A stretch of 64,000 nucleotides of DNA from a virus (IMGVR_UViG_2816332320_000003:1-64000); one strand, 5' to 3'. Positions 9,352 to 19,317 are shown, numbered from the stretch's first letter. Notes: generated by a model from the letters alone, not told the origin. A program made the numbers and translations.

Positions 9352-10184
9352 TATATTGCTACCTCCATCTTAGTTGAAGGATGATATTTGTAATCAATTA
9401 ATGCAAAATCATCAGAAGTGAAATCATAGAAACTCTTCACTTCTGGATTAATCCATAGTGTTGGTGAATCATATGACCTACGTTCAATCTGCTCCCTTAA
9501 AGCGTTTAAATGTCGATCATAAATGTGGCAATCATCAATGTCAAATGTTAAGTTTCCTAGTGAATATCCTGTTACTTGTGTAATCATTCGTTGTAGCACA
9601 TAGTACTGAAAAACATTGAAGGGATTGCCTAATGCCATGTCGTTTGATCGAATTCCCACAATTAGATGCAATTTACCTTGTTTTACAATCCAATTCGTTT
9701 TCCAGACACAGGGAGTTAATGACATGCTATCTAAGTCGTTCTTATCCCATAGAGTAGTCATCATTCTACGTGAAGGATTGTTTTTTAATGACCATAAGAG
9801 ATAGTCAACTTGATCTAGCATTTCTCCATTTACTTTTCTGCACTTCTGACCTAACTGATATCCATATGCCTTTCCAATGGTTCCATCTGGAAGTTCCCAC
9901 TCATCCCAGATTCGGCAATTCATATCCCGTAAAACTTGAACCTTATTAGATTTCTTTTGCCAAATCCATAAGAGTTCTTTAATTGCTGTCTTCCAATAAA
10001 CTTGCTTAGTAGTGAGAATCGGAACTTCAGTGTTGTCAAATTGCAACTTCTTAGAAATTACACTTCTCGTATATGCTGGTTCACCATCTAACCATTTAGC
10101 TCGTACTGGCTGGTCATTGTCCCATTCTCCGTTCTGAATAATATCATTGATCAATTGGTTGTATTGAATATCAAAATTAGACAT
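9351..10184 (-). CDS. thyA: thymidylate synthase ThyA
   Basis: IWDEW, AYG.Q, SRR, LTPC catalytic Cys, RSND...GNPFN, HIYDRH; GGAGG before ATG 10184. Confidence 0.95.
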   Translation of the reverse strand: MSNFDIQYNQLINDIIQNGEWDNDQPVRAKWLDGEPAYTRSVISKKLQFDNTEVPILTTKQVYWKTAIKELLWIWQKKSNKVQVLRDMNCRIWDEWELPDGTIGKAYGYQLGQKCRKVNGEMLDQVDYLLWSLKNNPSRRMMTTLWDKNDLDSMSLTPCVWKTNWIVKQGKLHLIVGIRSNDMALGNPFNVFQYYVLQRMITQVTGYSLGNLTFDIDDCHIYDRHLNALREQIERRSYDSPTLWINPEVKSFYDFTSDDFALIDYKYHPSTKMEVAI

Positions 10185-10259
10185 AACTCCTCCTATAAGT
10201 AAAGACTGTAGAACTCCCATCTACAGTCATGCCAATGTAAAATCAATCAAATTCTGCTT

Positions 10260-10601
10260 TTATCGTAAATCCACTATTCCCCAAGTAAAGTCAAATAGAC
10301 TGTACATCTTCTTATCTACATAAAAGTCAAAATGATTATCCACGTTTTCGAAGCCTTGAATAGTACCCACATGTTTTGAAACAAATTCAATGATTTTTTT
10401 AGCAGTATTTTCTCTTTCATTATGTAGTTTAAAAACGGTAAAATAGTGTTCAGTCTTTTCATATGGTGCAAACAACATCATATAGTTTATATCTATTGGT
10501 AGATTAGTGAAGAAGCTTGTCAAACTTGTCAGCATTACTTCTTGTTGTTCTTCAGACAATGAATCAGGCAACTCAGAAATGATTCTTTCATATCTAGTCA
10601 A
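10260..10601 (-). CDS. hypothetical protein
   Basis: ORF with RBS; stop in palindrome arm. Confidence 0.7.
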   Translation of the reverse strand: MTRYERIISELPDSLSEEQQEVMLTSLTSFFTNLPIDINYMMLFAPYEKTEHYFTVFKLHNERENTAKKIIEFVSKHVGTIQGFENVDNHFDFYVDKKMYSLFDFTWGIVDLR

Positions 10602-10669
10602 TTACGTTTCCTCCCATGTAAACAACCATCAATTTCCTTCAACTTTATTATCGAGTGTGTCTTTCACAA

Positions 10670-10855
10670 TCAAAAATTTTTCGCACATCGACTCCAGAAA
10701 GCCTTAAGTTCGTCTTCAATTTCTTTTGGAGGATGCTGTTTCTCCCAACTAACTTTAATTTCATATTTTTTGTTTTCTGCATTTATTAAATTCATGTATT
10801 GAATTATCTCTTCTGGAGTTCCTTCTAGCAACGTTCCATTAATAGTAGCTTTCAT
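10670..10855 (-). CDS. hypothetical protein
   Basis: GAGG RBS before MKATING. Confidence 0.6.
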   Translation of the reverse strand: MKATINGTLLEGTPEEIIQYMNLINAENKKYEIKVSWEKQHPPKEIEDELKAFWSRCAKNF

Positions 10856-10882
10856 TGTATCCTCTCCCAATATATACAATTT

Positions 10883-11107
10883 TTATTTAATTTCTAAGAC
10901 CTGTAATTTGATGCACTCCTTGATAGTCAAAATGTCGGATTCATTTTCTAACGCTCTTGCAATATAGTCATGTATGCATTTAGCTTGTTCGTATGAATGG
11001 TCGTCAGGAACTTTTGCAATGAGCATGCTGCCTTCTTTTAAAGTTAACGTGGACTCTTCAATGATTTCATCTTTGTGATTTACTGTCTTTAGAACATATT
11101 GCTTCAT
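10883..11107 (-). CDS. hypothetical protein
   Basis: ORF with RBS. Confidence 0.65.
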   Translation of the reverse strand: MKQYVLKTVNHKDEIIEESTLTLKEGSMLIAKVPDDHSYEQAKCIHDYIARALENESDILTIKECIKLQVLEIK

Positions 11108-11116
11108 ATGTACCCC

Positions 11117-11428
11117 CTACCTTAGTAGATTTCTTTTTTCTTTCATTTCAGCATTGATATTTGAAAGCTCTTCTTCAAGCCTATTCAAAAACTCCTTGGG
11201 ACTATGAGACTGCATGTGTTCAACATGAACATTAAGGACTACTGGATCTTTTTGTGGCTTGTGAAGCAACCGTGTTAACTTGTCAGCAATCGCCGCTAGT
11301 AATAGGAATAAAAACATATCACCAATTGACCATTGTTCTATAAATATCATTACTAGTGCCATTATGCTAAAGAAGAACATATGTACTACGTTCAATAACC
11401 TCAATGTATATTTTCGAAGCTTATCCAT
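11117..11428 (-). CDS. small membrane protein
   Basis: Two N-terminal hydrophobic segments. Confidence 0.65.
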   Translation of the reverse strand: MDKLRKYTLRLLNVVHMFFFSIMALVMIFIEQWSIGDMFLFLLLAAIADKLTRLLHKPQKDPVVLNVHVEHMQSHSPKEFLNRLEEELSNINAEMKEKRNLLR

Positions 11429-11473
11429 GTTAATCGTTCACCATCCTTATAAAATATAGTTTTTACTTAGTTA

Positions 11474-11857
11474 TTAATACTCTATATAATGTTGTCGCAT
11501 GAAATTCTCCAAAGCACTCTTCTGTTGCTCAGTTAATTCCAATTGATATGTTACAGACACCTTTTCTTTAGGTTCTGGCTTCTCAATTTCTTCATATGTA
11601 ACACTTTTGATCTCATCAACGAAGTACAATTTGTCTCCAACGTCACGCTTTTCACCAACAATGGACGCTTCAATTTTAACTTTGTAGAACTTGTCGGACA
11701 CTTTACAAATTAACTCTGCTTCATCCTGATAATAGCCTTGACCACAATCAAAGAACTCTCTTCCACTATCAGTGAAGTACTGTACAATATCACTTTCTTG
11801 AGTTAGATAATTTTCGTCTTCGAACACGTCATATTGTTCTTCCAAATATGCTTCCAA
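11474..11857 (-). CDS. hypothetical protein
   Basis: ORF with GGAGG RBS. Confidence 0.7.
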   Translation of the reverse strand: MEAYLEEQYDVFEDENYLTQESDIVQYFTDSGREFFDCGQGYYQDEAELICKVSDKFYKVKIEASIVGEKRDVGDKLYFVDEIKSVTYEEIEKPEPKEKVSVTYQLELTEQQKSALENFMRQHYIEY

Positions 11858-11875
11858 GTTAAAGCCTCCTTGTTT

Positions 11876-12289
11876 TTAATTATTTAACATTGACTCAATT
11901 TCTCCAAGCTCTAGCTCCACTTTCTTTTCATTTGAAAGAAGCTGATCAAGTTTTGCTTCCATCGCTTTAAGTTTTTGCTCCTCCTCTTTGCGACTCAAAT
12001 TGTCCAGCTTAGCCTTAAGGTCATCTATCCAATCAGCGACACCATATCCACTAATCTTATAATCATTGAGTAGTTCTAGCTCTTCAGCAGCAATAGCATT
12101 TGCTTTCAATTTCACCAACAGGTTAATCAACTGTTCTTTTTGAAGGACATTAATGTTGAAACGAACTCCATCCAATTCAATAGAACAATTAGTTACTGGT
12201 GTGAACTTCTGGGACTTAGTGAGTTTCTTTTTCTTATCTTCGATTTGTTTCTTAAGTTCTAAAATTTTATGATCATTATTGTTTGGCAT
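11876..12289 (-). CDS. coiled-coil hypothetical protein
   Basis: ORF coupled to upstream gene. Confidence 0.75.
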   Translation of the reverse strand: MPNNNDHKILELKKQIEDKKKKLTKSQKFTPVTNCSIELDGVRFNINVLQKEQLINLLVKLKANAIAAEELELLNDYKISGYGVADWIDDLKAKLDNLSRKEEEQKLKAMEAKLDQLLSNEKKVELELGEIESMLNN

Positions 12290-13328
12290 TTACTTTCCTC
12301 CATTTTTTAATTAATTCACCATTTGATTTATATGTTACTAGGTATTTAGGTTTGTATTTTGTAAAAATTGTTTCTAAAGTTATCTTGGTTAAAATTTGTT
12401 CATTTTTCCTATTTCTATAACTGTCATAAACGTCATACCTATCATTATAGTTATTGTGCCAACCATAACTACGATTCTTGGAAACGAATAATTTTTCACC
12501 CTCATCAGTATAAAATGGATCACCATAATATGAAGAACTAAACCCATTTTTAAACTCGTCCAAAGTATAATAAACATACTCATCCTTATTCGGATCTCTT
12601 TCAGAGTAATATCTCGATTTTCTTAATTCGTCCATTAAATTAGAATAATTATCCACACATTTATCATCCACAATATTTAAGATATTGTGAGTTAGAGATT
12701 TGTAGTGTTGTATTTTTGAGTATTTACCATTTGTATCATAAAAGAAGTACGCTTTAGACTCTTTATTCTCTCCATTTGCTTCATAAAATCTGCCTAAATA
12801 AATCAAATCTATATTGTCGTTAGATTTATATGTTGCGCCTATAATCAATTCTTTCCCATTAAATTTAGGCTTTTCATGTCTTAACTTGTTAAGTTTTGAA
12901 ATGTCAGCATAATCAGGTGAACTTGTTGGAATAAGTACTAGTTCAGTACCATCCCAACCATAAACGAATTCACCTTCTAACCCTTTACCTTTGATTGAGT
13001 TTGTATTTTCTAATATGTATAAAAGATTGGGGACACTGATTTCAAATTCAAAACCTCGTGGATCGTAAATCCTAACGTATGTTTGCCGATGATTCCATCC
13101 ACTCGAATGTCCACCAACTTTTTTGTTCAATACAAATCCTGAAGTTGGTTCGTTGGCAAAATCAATATCCTGTATTTTACTGTCTCTCCACCCCTGCCAA
13201 GACTTTTCCTTTCGAAGTTTCCCTTTTTGGTCATAGCAAATTACATAAGCGAGTTTGCCTGTATATGTATCACTTCTTTCTCGAAACCCTACCTTTAACT
13301 TCTCAGGTATGAAGATAGTTGATTTAAT
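12276..13328 (-). CDS. hypothetical phage protein (350 aa; probable ATT start)
   Basis: Frame stays open 66 codons upstream of the track start to an ATT preceded by GGGGAGG. Confidence 0.7.
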   Translation of the reverse strand: MKSTIFIPEKLKVGFRERSDTYTGKLAYVICYDQKGKLRKEKSWQGWRDSKIQDIDFANEPTSGFVLNKKVGGHSSGWNHRQTYVRIYDPRGFEFEISVPNLLYILENTNSIKGKGLEGEFVYGWDGTELVLIPTSSPDYADISKLNKLRHEKPKFNGKELIIGATYKSNDNIDLIYLGRFYEANGENKESKAYFFYDTNGKYSKIQHYKSLTHNILNIVDDKCVDNYSNLMDELRKSRYYSERDPNKDEYVYYTLDEFKNGFSSSYYGDPFYTDEGEKLFVSKNRSYGWHNNYNDRYDVYDSYRNRKNEQILTKITLETIFTKYKPKYLVTYKSNGELIKKWRKVNAKQ

Positions 13329-13370
13329 GTTTGTTTCCTCCCCTATTAACTGAATGAAATCAGTGTTTTA

Positions 13371-13721
13371 TTAGGTATAGTAGGTCATCACAATATATGT
13401 AGGATCAACATCTAATGAGTAAATCTCTTTAATAAAATCGATCACTTCCTTTTTTCCTTGCTGAAACTCTTCACTTTCTGTGTCTGGAATGAATGTACCA
13501 AAGCCGCTCTCAGCATCATAATCAACTCTTACTAACTTACCTGCAATAAAATACTTTCCAGAATAATTATCACTTAACAAAACCATGTCGCCAGACTTGC
13601 TTTTCCTATTCAATTCGTATTTTTCATATAAACAATCTTCTTTATCCCATTCACTGGTATCATAATATTTTGAGCCAATATCACTACCAATTAGAATTAG
13701 ATTATGCTGTCTTACACCCAT
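13371..13721 (-). CDS. hypothetical protein
   Basis: GGAGG RBS before ATG 13721; flanked by palindromes 13354 and 13744. Confidence 0.7.
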   Translation of the reverse strand: MGVRQHNLILIGSDIGSKYYDTSEWDKEDCLYEKYELNRKSKSGDMVLLSDNYSGKYFIAGKLVRVDYDAESGFGTFIPDTESEEFQQGKKEVIDFIKEIYSLDVDPTYIVMTYYT

Positions 13722-13757
13722 CCACTTTCCTCCTATATTCTCAATCAAATCTCTGTT

Positions 13758-14021
13758 TTATACATACTCTATTTCTAAATAGTCTACTGCCTTGTCAATG
13801 ATAATCGGTATGTCGCTCATGGTATATTGACTGCAACTTCCACCTTCTGAAATATGCGTTACACTACTTTTCTTAATAACTAAAATCTTACGGTCTTCGA
13901 TGTTGAAGTTCTCCCTAAGTTGACGGTTAAATTCTGGGCTAACTCTTATGAGCTTAGGTTGTTTATTCGATAGTTTGAGTTGTTTTATCAATCTATCTAG
14001 ATCGTTTTTAAGATCCACCAA
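13758..14021 (-). CDS. hypothetical protein
   Basis: Flanked by palindromes 13744 and 14039. Confidence 0.65.
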   Translation of the reverse strand: MVDLKNDLDRLIKQLKLSNKQPKLIRVSPEFNRQLRENFNIEDRKILVIKKSSVTHISEGGSCSQYTMSDIPIIIDKAVDYLEIEYV

Positions 14022-14066
14022 TTACTAATCTCCTTTCAATAAAAGACATCTTTCATTGGATTTTTA

Positions 14067-14114
14067 TAACTATATGTAGTGTGATTATGCTTTACAATAC
14101 ACTACATATAGTGC
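14067..14114 (-). promoter_or_regulatory. tandem NrdR boxes overlapping a sigma-A promoter
   Basis: taactatatgtagtgt (14067-14082) and acactacatatagtgc (14099-14114), 32 bp apart, fit acaCwAtATaTwGtgt; TTGTAA-N17-TATAGT at 14097-14069. Confidence 0.75.
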
Positions 14115-14123
14115 ATTCCTATT

Positions 14124-14738
14124 CTACTTCAGCGTATCTACAACAAACTTAGACCATGGCTCCAAACGTTCATATGTATCTGGCTGCATCAGTTCATTAA
14201 GAGACTTCCAATTGCCCTTTAACTGCTCAGTCTCACGAACCTCAACAGTCGCCTCATCATCTACATCTAGTACAACGAGCAATCCAATATGAACTTTTCC
14301 GACATCATTTTCATCATCATTGATAAGCCCAATCGTGCTGAATTCTTGATCTTCTGCCTGAATATCTAGTTCCTCTTCTAGTTCACGTAATAGATTGTCT
14401 TGTAAGGTTTGTTCGAATGTGGGATGAGCTGTCTCATTCATATGTCCACCTACCCCTAGAGATAGTTTATTGTGTAGTCGGCACTCCCCTCCTCCTTTCA
14501 AGCGTTCATACACATAAAGGGAATTGCCTTTTCTGATTACGCAGTATGGAATTGGTTGTTTGTAGTCTGGATTATTTTCAGCATCTCCACGCCGCATTGT
14601 TTTATATGAAGTAGAGATTGAATGCATAATTTTATTTACTTTTTCTTGATTCATTTCTACACCTTGGAAGACAAGTTGCTCATTATTAAATACTTCGTTA
14701 CGTGATGCGACTAGAATTTGTTCATCCATTTTATTCAA
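14124..14738 (-). CDS. NUDIX hydrolase family protein
   Basis: KQPIPY, SLGVGGH, LLRELEEEL, GLINDD..VGKVH. Confidence 0.8.
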   Translation of the reverse strand: MNKMDEQILVASRNEVFNNEQLVFQGVEMNQEKVNKIMHSISTSYKTMRRGDAENNPDYKQPIPYCVIRKGNSLYVYERLKGGGECRLHNKLSLGVGGHMNETAHPTFEQTLQDNLLRELEEELDIQAEDQEFSTIGLINDDENDVGKVHIGLLVVLDVDDEATVEVRETEQLKGNWKSLNELMQPDTYERLEPWSKFVVDTLK

Positions 14739-14758
14739 TTGTGCTATTCTCCTTCAAC

Positions 14759-14998
14759 TTAAAGTTGTTCAATCATTTCATCAAGTTCTGTAGGTTGAAA
14801 TCCCACTGATCGCTTTACTCTGTTCCCATCTTCATCTACTAAGAATGTAACTGGAACCGAGAAAACTTCATCTTTAATTGCTAGCTCTGGTTTTTCAAAG
14901 GGATTGATTCGCTCAAACTCGATACCTTTTGAATCTAAGTATTGACTCACCTGACTGCAAGGTGTGCAGTTTTCTTTTTCATATTTAATAATTTTCAT
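14759..14998 (-). CDS. thioredoxin/NrdH-like redoxin
   Basis: CTPC and SVP motifs, downstream of nrdF. Confidence 0.85.
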   Translation of the reverse strand: MKIIKYEKENCTPCSQVSQYLDSKGIEFERINPFEKPELAIKDEVFSVPVTFLVDEDGNRVKRSVGFQPTELDEMIEQL

Positions 14999-15002
14999 TT
15001 AA

Positions 15003-15980
15003 TTACTCCTTATCCCATTCAAAGTTAAATTCGAAATCTTGATCTGTTATTTTTGTTACATTTGTTGGTTTGACATATCCACTGCCTTTTTTACTGAAGA
15101 AGTCATGATTCCCAGTCTCTGTTCTAATTCCATTTAGGACAACTGGATTAAAATCTTCAACAGGAAAGAATGCGTCAAAACCTAAATTCTGTAGTGCTTT
15201 ATTAGCGTTATAACGTACATATTTTTTCACATCTTCCTGAATGCCTAGTGGAGAATAGAGATCATCTGTGTAGTAAGTTTCAATTTCATATAAATCTTCA
15301 AGTAGATCATATGCTTCTTGTTTAACTCGCTTCTTGTCTCTTGGCGTGAGTTCATTAAACACTTCTTGTGCAAGTATGCCTACATATAAACCATGAATAC
15401 TTTCATCATGAATGATTTTTTCAATAATCTCGCCACTATTGGTAAGCATACGTTGACCAGCAAGCAAGATTGGATAATAAAAACCACTGTAAAACAGATA
15501 ACTCTCTAGATAAACACTTGCCACCATTGCCATGTATAGGTCTTTTTTACTTTTGATGCCTCTATAATATTCATTTATAATCTTAGCTTTCTGTTGTAGA
15601 TATTTGTTGTTTTCTACCCACTCAAATGCTGCATCAACTTCCTCTGTTGTTGCAAGGGTTGTAAAAATAGTTGAATAGCTCTTTGCGTGAATATTTTCCA
15701 TCATACCCATGAATGCGAGTACTGCTTTACGTTGTAATCCATCCACATGATCGATCAATTTTGGCATGCCTACTGTACCTTGTACAGTATCAAGGAGTGT
15801 TAGACCAGCCAACACTCTTTTGTATACCTCTTTTTGCACAACATCCATGTCGCCCCATGTCATTTTGTCGTCTGTGGGAACAAATTCATCATCCGTCCAG
15901 AACTGCATAATGTTTTGGTTCCAAAATGCCAATGTAATATCATCATCTGATCTATTCCAATTGACTGCCTTAATCGTCAT
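15003..15980 (-). CDS. nrdF: class Ib ribonucleotide reductase beta subunit
   Basis: AVNWN, LTLLDT, ENIHAKSY, LESYLFYSGF, DESIHG, HDFFS. Confidence 0.95.
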   Translation of the reverse strand: MTIKAVNWNRSDDDITLAFWNQNIMQFWTDDEFVPTDDKMTWGDMDVVQKEVYKRVLAGLTLLDTVQGTVGMPKLIDHVDGLQRKAVLAFMGMMENIHAKSYSTIFTTLATTEEVDAAFEWVENNKYLQQKAKIINEYYRGIKSKKDLYMAMVASVYLESYLFYSGFYYPILLAGQRMLTNSGEIIEKIIHDESIHGLYVGILAQEVFNELTPRDKKRVKQEAYDLLEDLYEIETYYTDDLYSPLGIQEDVKKYVRYNANKALQNLGFDAFFPVEDFNPVVLNGIRTETGNHDFFSKKGSGYVKPTNVTKITDQDFEFNFEWDKE

Positions 15981-15993
15981 TTACTATATCCTC

Positions 15994-18087
15994 CTACACC
16001 GCGCATGACGTACATTCTTCTATGCTAAGTTTCTTGGTTCTTGTGTAGTATAAACTCTTCAGATTTTTACGCTCTGCGTACACGTAGTATCTTGCAAGTT
16101 CATTGGTAGCTACATTGCTATTCACGTATAGAATGCAACTAACACCTTGATCAACATGTCGTTGAATCTCGCCAACCAAGGCAATTATTTTATATTGATC
16201 GATATCGTATGCGCTTCGATAGTAGAACATTGTCTCTTTAGAAAGATACGGCATTGGATAAAACGTTTTTGAATCTCCATACGTCCGTGTCTCAATGATA
16301 TCCACGATGGGCATCACACTTGGTGTTGCATTCTGAAGGTAACTGATACTCTGTGTGGGTGCGATGGCAAGTCTGTAAGCGTGATATAACCCATACTTCT
16401 GCACATTTTCCTTAAGTGTTTGCCAATCAGCGATTGTCGGCACATGAATGCCGTCAAATAGCAGCTTTACTTTCTCTGTTCTGGGACTAAAATCTTCATT
16501 CAAATACATCTCAAAGTACTCTCCAGACGCATAGTTACTTAACTCAAAGCCTTTGAAGGTTACATTTCGTTCTCTGGCAATTTGCATGCTCTTTTCAATT
16601 GAATAATAGTTCATCGCCATAAAGAACGTTCTCACGAAATCTCTTGCTTCTTTGCTCTCATACTGGATATGATTCTTTGCAAGATAGCCATGCAAATTCA
16701 TTGCTCCTAGTCCAATACTGTGCAGATCTTCGTTGGCTTTTTTAACACTGGGTGCGTTTGGAATACCAGTTAAATCTGAAACTGAGGTGAGCATTTCCAC
16801 ACCCACATGAACGGCAAATGGTAATTGCTTAGTTTCCATTACATTTGTAATATTAATCGATGCAAGGTTGCAGCTAATATCTCGGTTGATCTCGTCAATT
16901 TCGTCATAGTTATTGATCACAGAAGCTTCTTGTAGTTGGAAAATTTCTGTGCATAAATTACTCATTTTAACATCGCCAATTTCCCTTAGTGCATGAAACT
17001 TGTTGGCATTTGTTTTAAACATCTGATAAGGATATCCACTTTCCATTTGGATCTGTGCAATCTTGTTTAAGAAATCTCTAGCTTTACCAACTTTTCGTTT
17101 TTTCACATTCGGATTTTCAAGCAAATCATAGTACTTATCATCTAAGTCCATATCATCTAAATGAACGCCATACTCTTTTCGTACTGAATATGGGGCAAAA
17201 CAATAGAAATCCTCATCTTTTTCTGCCAATCTATAAAAAATGCTCGGGACAATAAGTCCAATTGATAATGTTTTGATGCGGGCTTTTTCATCTGCATTGA
17301 TCTTTTTGCAATCAAGAAACTCATTGATATCCCATCCAAAGATGTTGTAATACGCTGCGCCAGACCCCTTTCTTTGCCCCATCTGATCAGCATATGAGAA
17401 AGCATCTTCTAACAGTTTTAGAACAGGCGCAATTCCCTTAGCTGCACCATCTACATCCTTAATTGGCTCCCCACGACCACGAAGCTTTGACAGGTTCACT
17501 GCCACACCGCCACCTATTTTGGATAGCTGCATGCATGTTCCGAGAATGAAATTGATGGAGTTCAAAGAATCATCCATTTCAAGCAAGAAGCATGAGACCA
17601 TCTCTCCCCGCCTAGACTTGCCTGCATTTAAAAATGTAGGTGTTGCTGGTTGTAACAATTGATCATATCCGAGCATTGCATTAACATTTCTCAATGCTTG
17701 AATAAAATTGCCTTGAGCAAGGTAAAGTGAAACAATCGCAACTCGATCTGGATATGTCTCAAGAAAGTTTTTTTTGTCGTTTGTTTTCATGGCGTAATCG
17801 TTATAGAACTTCGAGATCGCCATATATGACTGAAACTCAAAATTTGCTTTATGTGCGATTGAGAAAATTTCTTCAATTTGATTCATTGAGTACTGATCTA
17901 GAATGTTGTAATAGTAGTCGTTATCAATTAAATAGTGAATTTTTTCGCTGAAATTTGGAAAGGTAATCAGTCTTCTATCTATCTCTTCAGATAGAGCTTT
18001 AATCGCCTCCTTATCTTTTTCTAAATTATAAAACCCATCTTTCTTAATCATGAGTTCATTGTTCAATTCAACGTGCTTCAATTTCAC
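15994..18087 (-). CDS. nrdE: class Ib ribonucleotide reductase alpha subunit
   Basis: QPATPTFLN, VSCFL, SNLCTE, SCNL, APTQSIS, KSLYY, C-terminal CTSCAV. Confidence 0.97.
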   Translation of the reverse strand: MKLKHVELNNELMIKKDGFYNLEKDKEAIKALSEEIDRRLITFPNFSEKIHYLIDNDYYYNILDQYSMNQIEEIFSIAHKANFEFQSYMAISKFYNDYAMKTNDKKNFLETYPDRVAIVSLYLAQGNFIQALRNVNAMLGYDQLLQPATPTFLNAGKSRRGEMVSCFLLEMDDSLNSINFILGTCMQLSKIGGGVAVNLSKLRGRGEPIKDVDGAAKGIAPVLKLLEDAFSYADQMGQRKGSGAAYYNIFGWDINEFLDCKKINADEKARIKTLSIGLIVPSIFYRLAEKDEDFYCFAPYSVRKEYGVHLDDMDLDDKYYDLLENPNVKKRKVGKARDFLNKIAQIQMESGYPYQMFKTNANKFHALREIGDVKMSNLCTEIFQLQEASVINNYDEIDEINRDISCNLASINITNVMETKQLPFAVHVGVEMLTSVSDLTGIPNAPSVKKANEDLHSIGLGAMNLHGYLAKNHIQYESKEARDFVRTFFMAMNYYSIEKSMQIARERNVTFKGFELSNYASGEYFEMYLNEDFSPRTEKVKLLFDGIHVPTIADWQTLKENVQKYGLYHAYRLAIAPTQSISYLQNATPSVMPIVDIIETRTYGDSKTFYPMPYLSKETMFYYRSAYDIDQYKIIALVGEIQRHVDQGVSCILYVNSNVATNELARYYVYAERKNLKSLYYTRTKKLSIEECTSCAV

Positions 18088-18427
18088 ACAGCCTTTCTTT
18101 TAGCATCTGTACATCTTCTGGTGTGCCTGATAGCTCAAACTTAAGGATTATTGGAACATTAAATTTTTCTGCTATGATATCGGCACTCTTTGCAAAGTTT
18201 GAACCCCAATTTCTATTTCCACTTGAAGCAATAGCCCTCATGAAAAAATGGTTCACTTCTAGAAACTGTATAGTACTTTTAGGTACATTTCCAAAGCCAT
18301 CTGTATATGTAATCAATACATAAGGCTCGGTTACTGTTAGATTCTCACCAATTTGAACGTTGTTTACATCAAGTTTTTGTACAAATCTTTGTACGTTCTT
18401 AGTTCTAGTGTCATATACAATTAGCAC
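18068..18427 (-). CDS. nrdI: flavodoxin NrdI
   Basis: TKNVQRFV, TYTDGFGNVP, SSGNRNWG, KFELSG. Confidence 0.95.
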   Translation of the reverse strand: MLIVYDTRTKNVQRFVQKLDVNNVQIGENLTVTEPYVLITYTDGFGNVPKSTIQFLEVNHFFMRAIASSGNRNWGSNFAKSADIIAEKFNVPIILKFELSGTPEDVQMLKERLCEIEAR

Positions 18428-18450
18428 ATTATCACTCTTATGTATTTATT

Positions 18451-18789
18451 TTATTTAATATGTAACTTGACTAATGTTTTATCTGCTTCATGTTCTAAGG
18501 TAAAATCCTCAATCGCAATCCCTAAATTGATTTCAGCCATCTCTTGATAGCCTTGTCCCATTAATTGCCTGAACCTCTCTTTTTGCGATTCTAAACACTC
18601 TGTTTTTTTATAGGTTTGTTCGAACTCTAATTTGCTAAGTCCTCTTTGTTTCCCTTTAGTATGAATAATGTAATCACCCTTGCAGCCATAAAACGTCCCA
18701 TGTTCATTCTCTAGTGTGAATTCCTGATTCATTTGCTCTGCCTCAATAGCCAAATTGTTGACTATATAAGTTTGCATATAGAGCATCAA
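18451..18789 (-). CDS. YosL-like protein with C-terminal MazE(NdoAI)-like antitoxin helix
   Basis: LMGQGYQEMAEINLGIA...E.EA resembles B. subtilis MazE LMRRGYMEMAKINLNIS; same position before nrdI as SPbeta yosL. Confidence 0.75.
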   Translation of the reverse strand: MMLYMQTYIVNNLAIEAEQMNQEFTLENEHGTFYGCKGDYIIHTKGKQRGLSKLEFEQTYKKTECLESQKERFRQLMGQGYQEMAEINLGIAIEDFTLEHEADKTLVKLHIK

Positions 18790-18794
18790 CTCCT

Positions 18795-19007
18795 CTATGT
18801 TGATTTATTCATGTCAGCCTTCATTTCCTCGTATGCATTTTTTAGGTTCTTCAATGCTCGCCTTAATTCAGCATCTTCATAGCCCCTCTCAAAGTCTCTG
18901 ACACTTAAATTGTAACTTGTGAATAGATCAATGTCTTTCACACACTTCAATATGTTTTGAATCCATTCTCTACAATCTTGAACGTTAGGAACGTCTTTAG
19001 TAGCCAT
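18795..19007 (-). CDS. hypothetical protein
   Basis: Coupled ORF. Confidence 0.65.
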   Translation of the reverse strand: MATKDVPNVQDCREWIQNILKCVKDIDLFTSYNLSVRDFERGYEDAELRRALKNLKNAYEEMKADMNKST

Positions 19008-19213
19008 TAACGAGCATATGCACCCATAAAGTCTAACTCAGTACCCTGTGCATTAAATTCCATTTCAAAGTAGCTTCGTGCTTGGATTGGTGTACTTGCT
19101 TCAAAATCAATTACAGTGTTATTGACTCCAATACCATAGTATTGGATCTTATTTCGTTTTGGTTCTACAGTTTTTGCATGTACGGTTTGGTTGTTTTTGT
19201 TAAAAAAGTTCAT
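19007..19213 (-). CDS. hypothetical protein
   Basis: GAGGAG RBS. Confidence 0.65.
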   Translation of the reverse strand: MNFFNKNNQTVHAKTVEPKRNKIQYYGIGVNNTVIDFEASTPIQARSYFEMEFNAQGTELDFMGAYAR

Positions 19214-19317
19214 TATGTATTCTCCTCGTTTTTATAGTTTTTATTTATTTTACCTTGTTTATTGATACTCTTCTTTAGTGTTACATTATTCTCAGTCCTT
19301 TCAAAAGGCGTATTCAT

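Noticed and set aside
15003-18087. Group I introns or intein as in SPbeta nrdE/nrdF
   Set aside because: Both ORFs are continuous and of normal length (697 and 325 aa)
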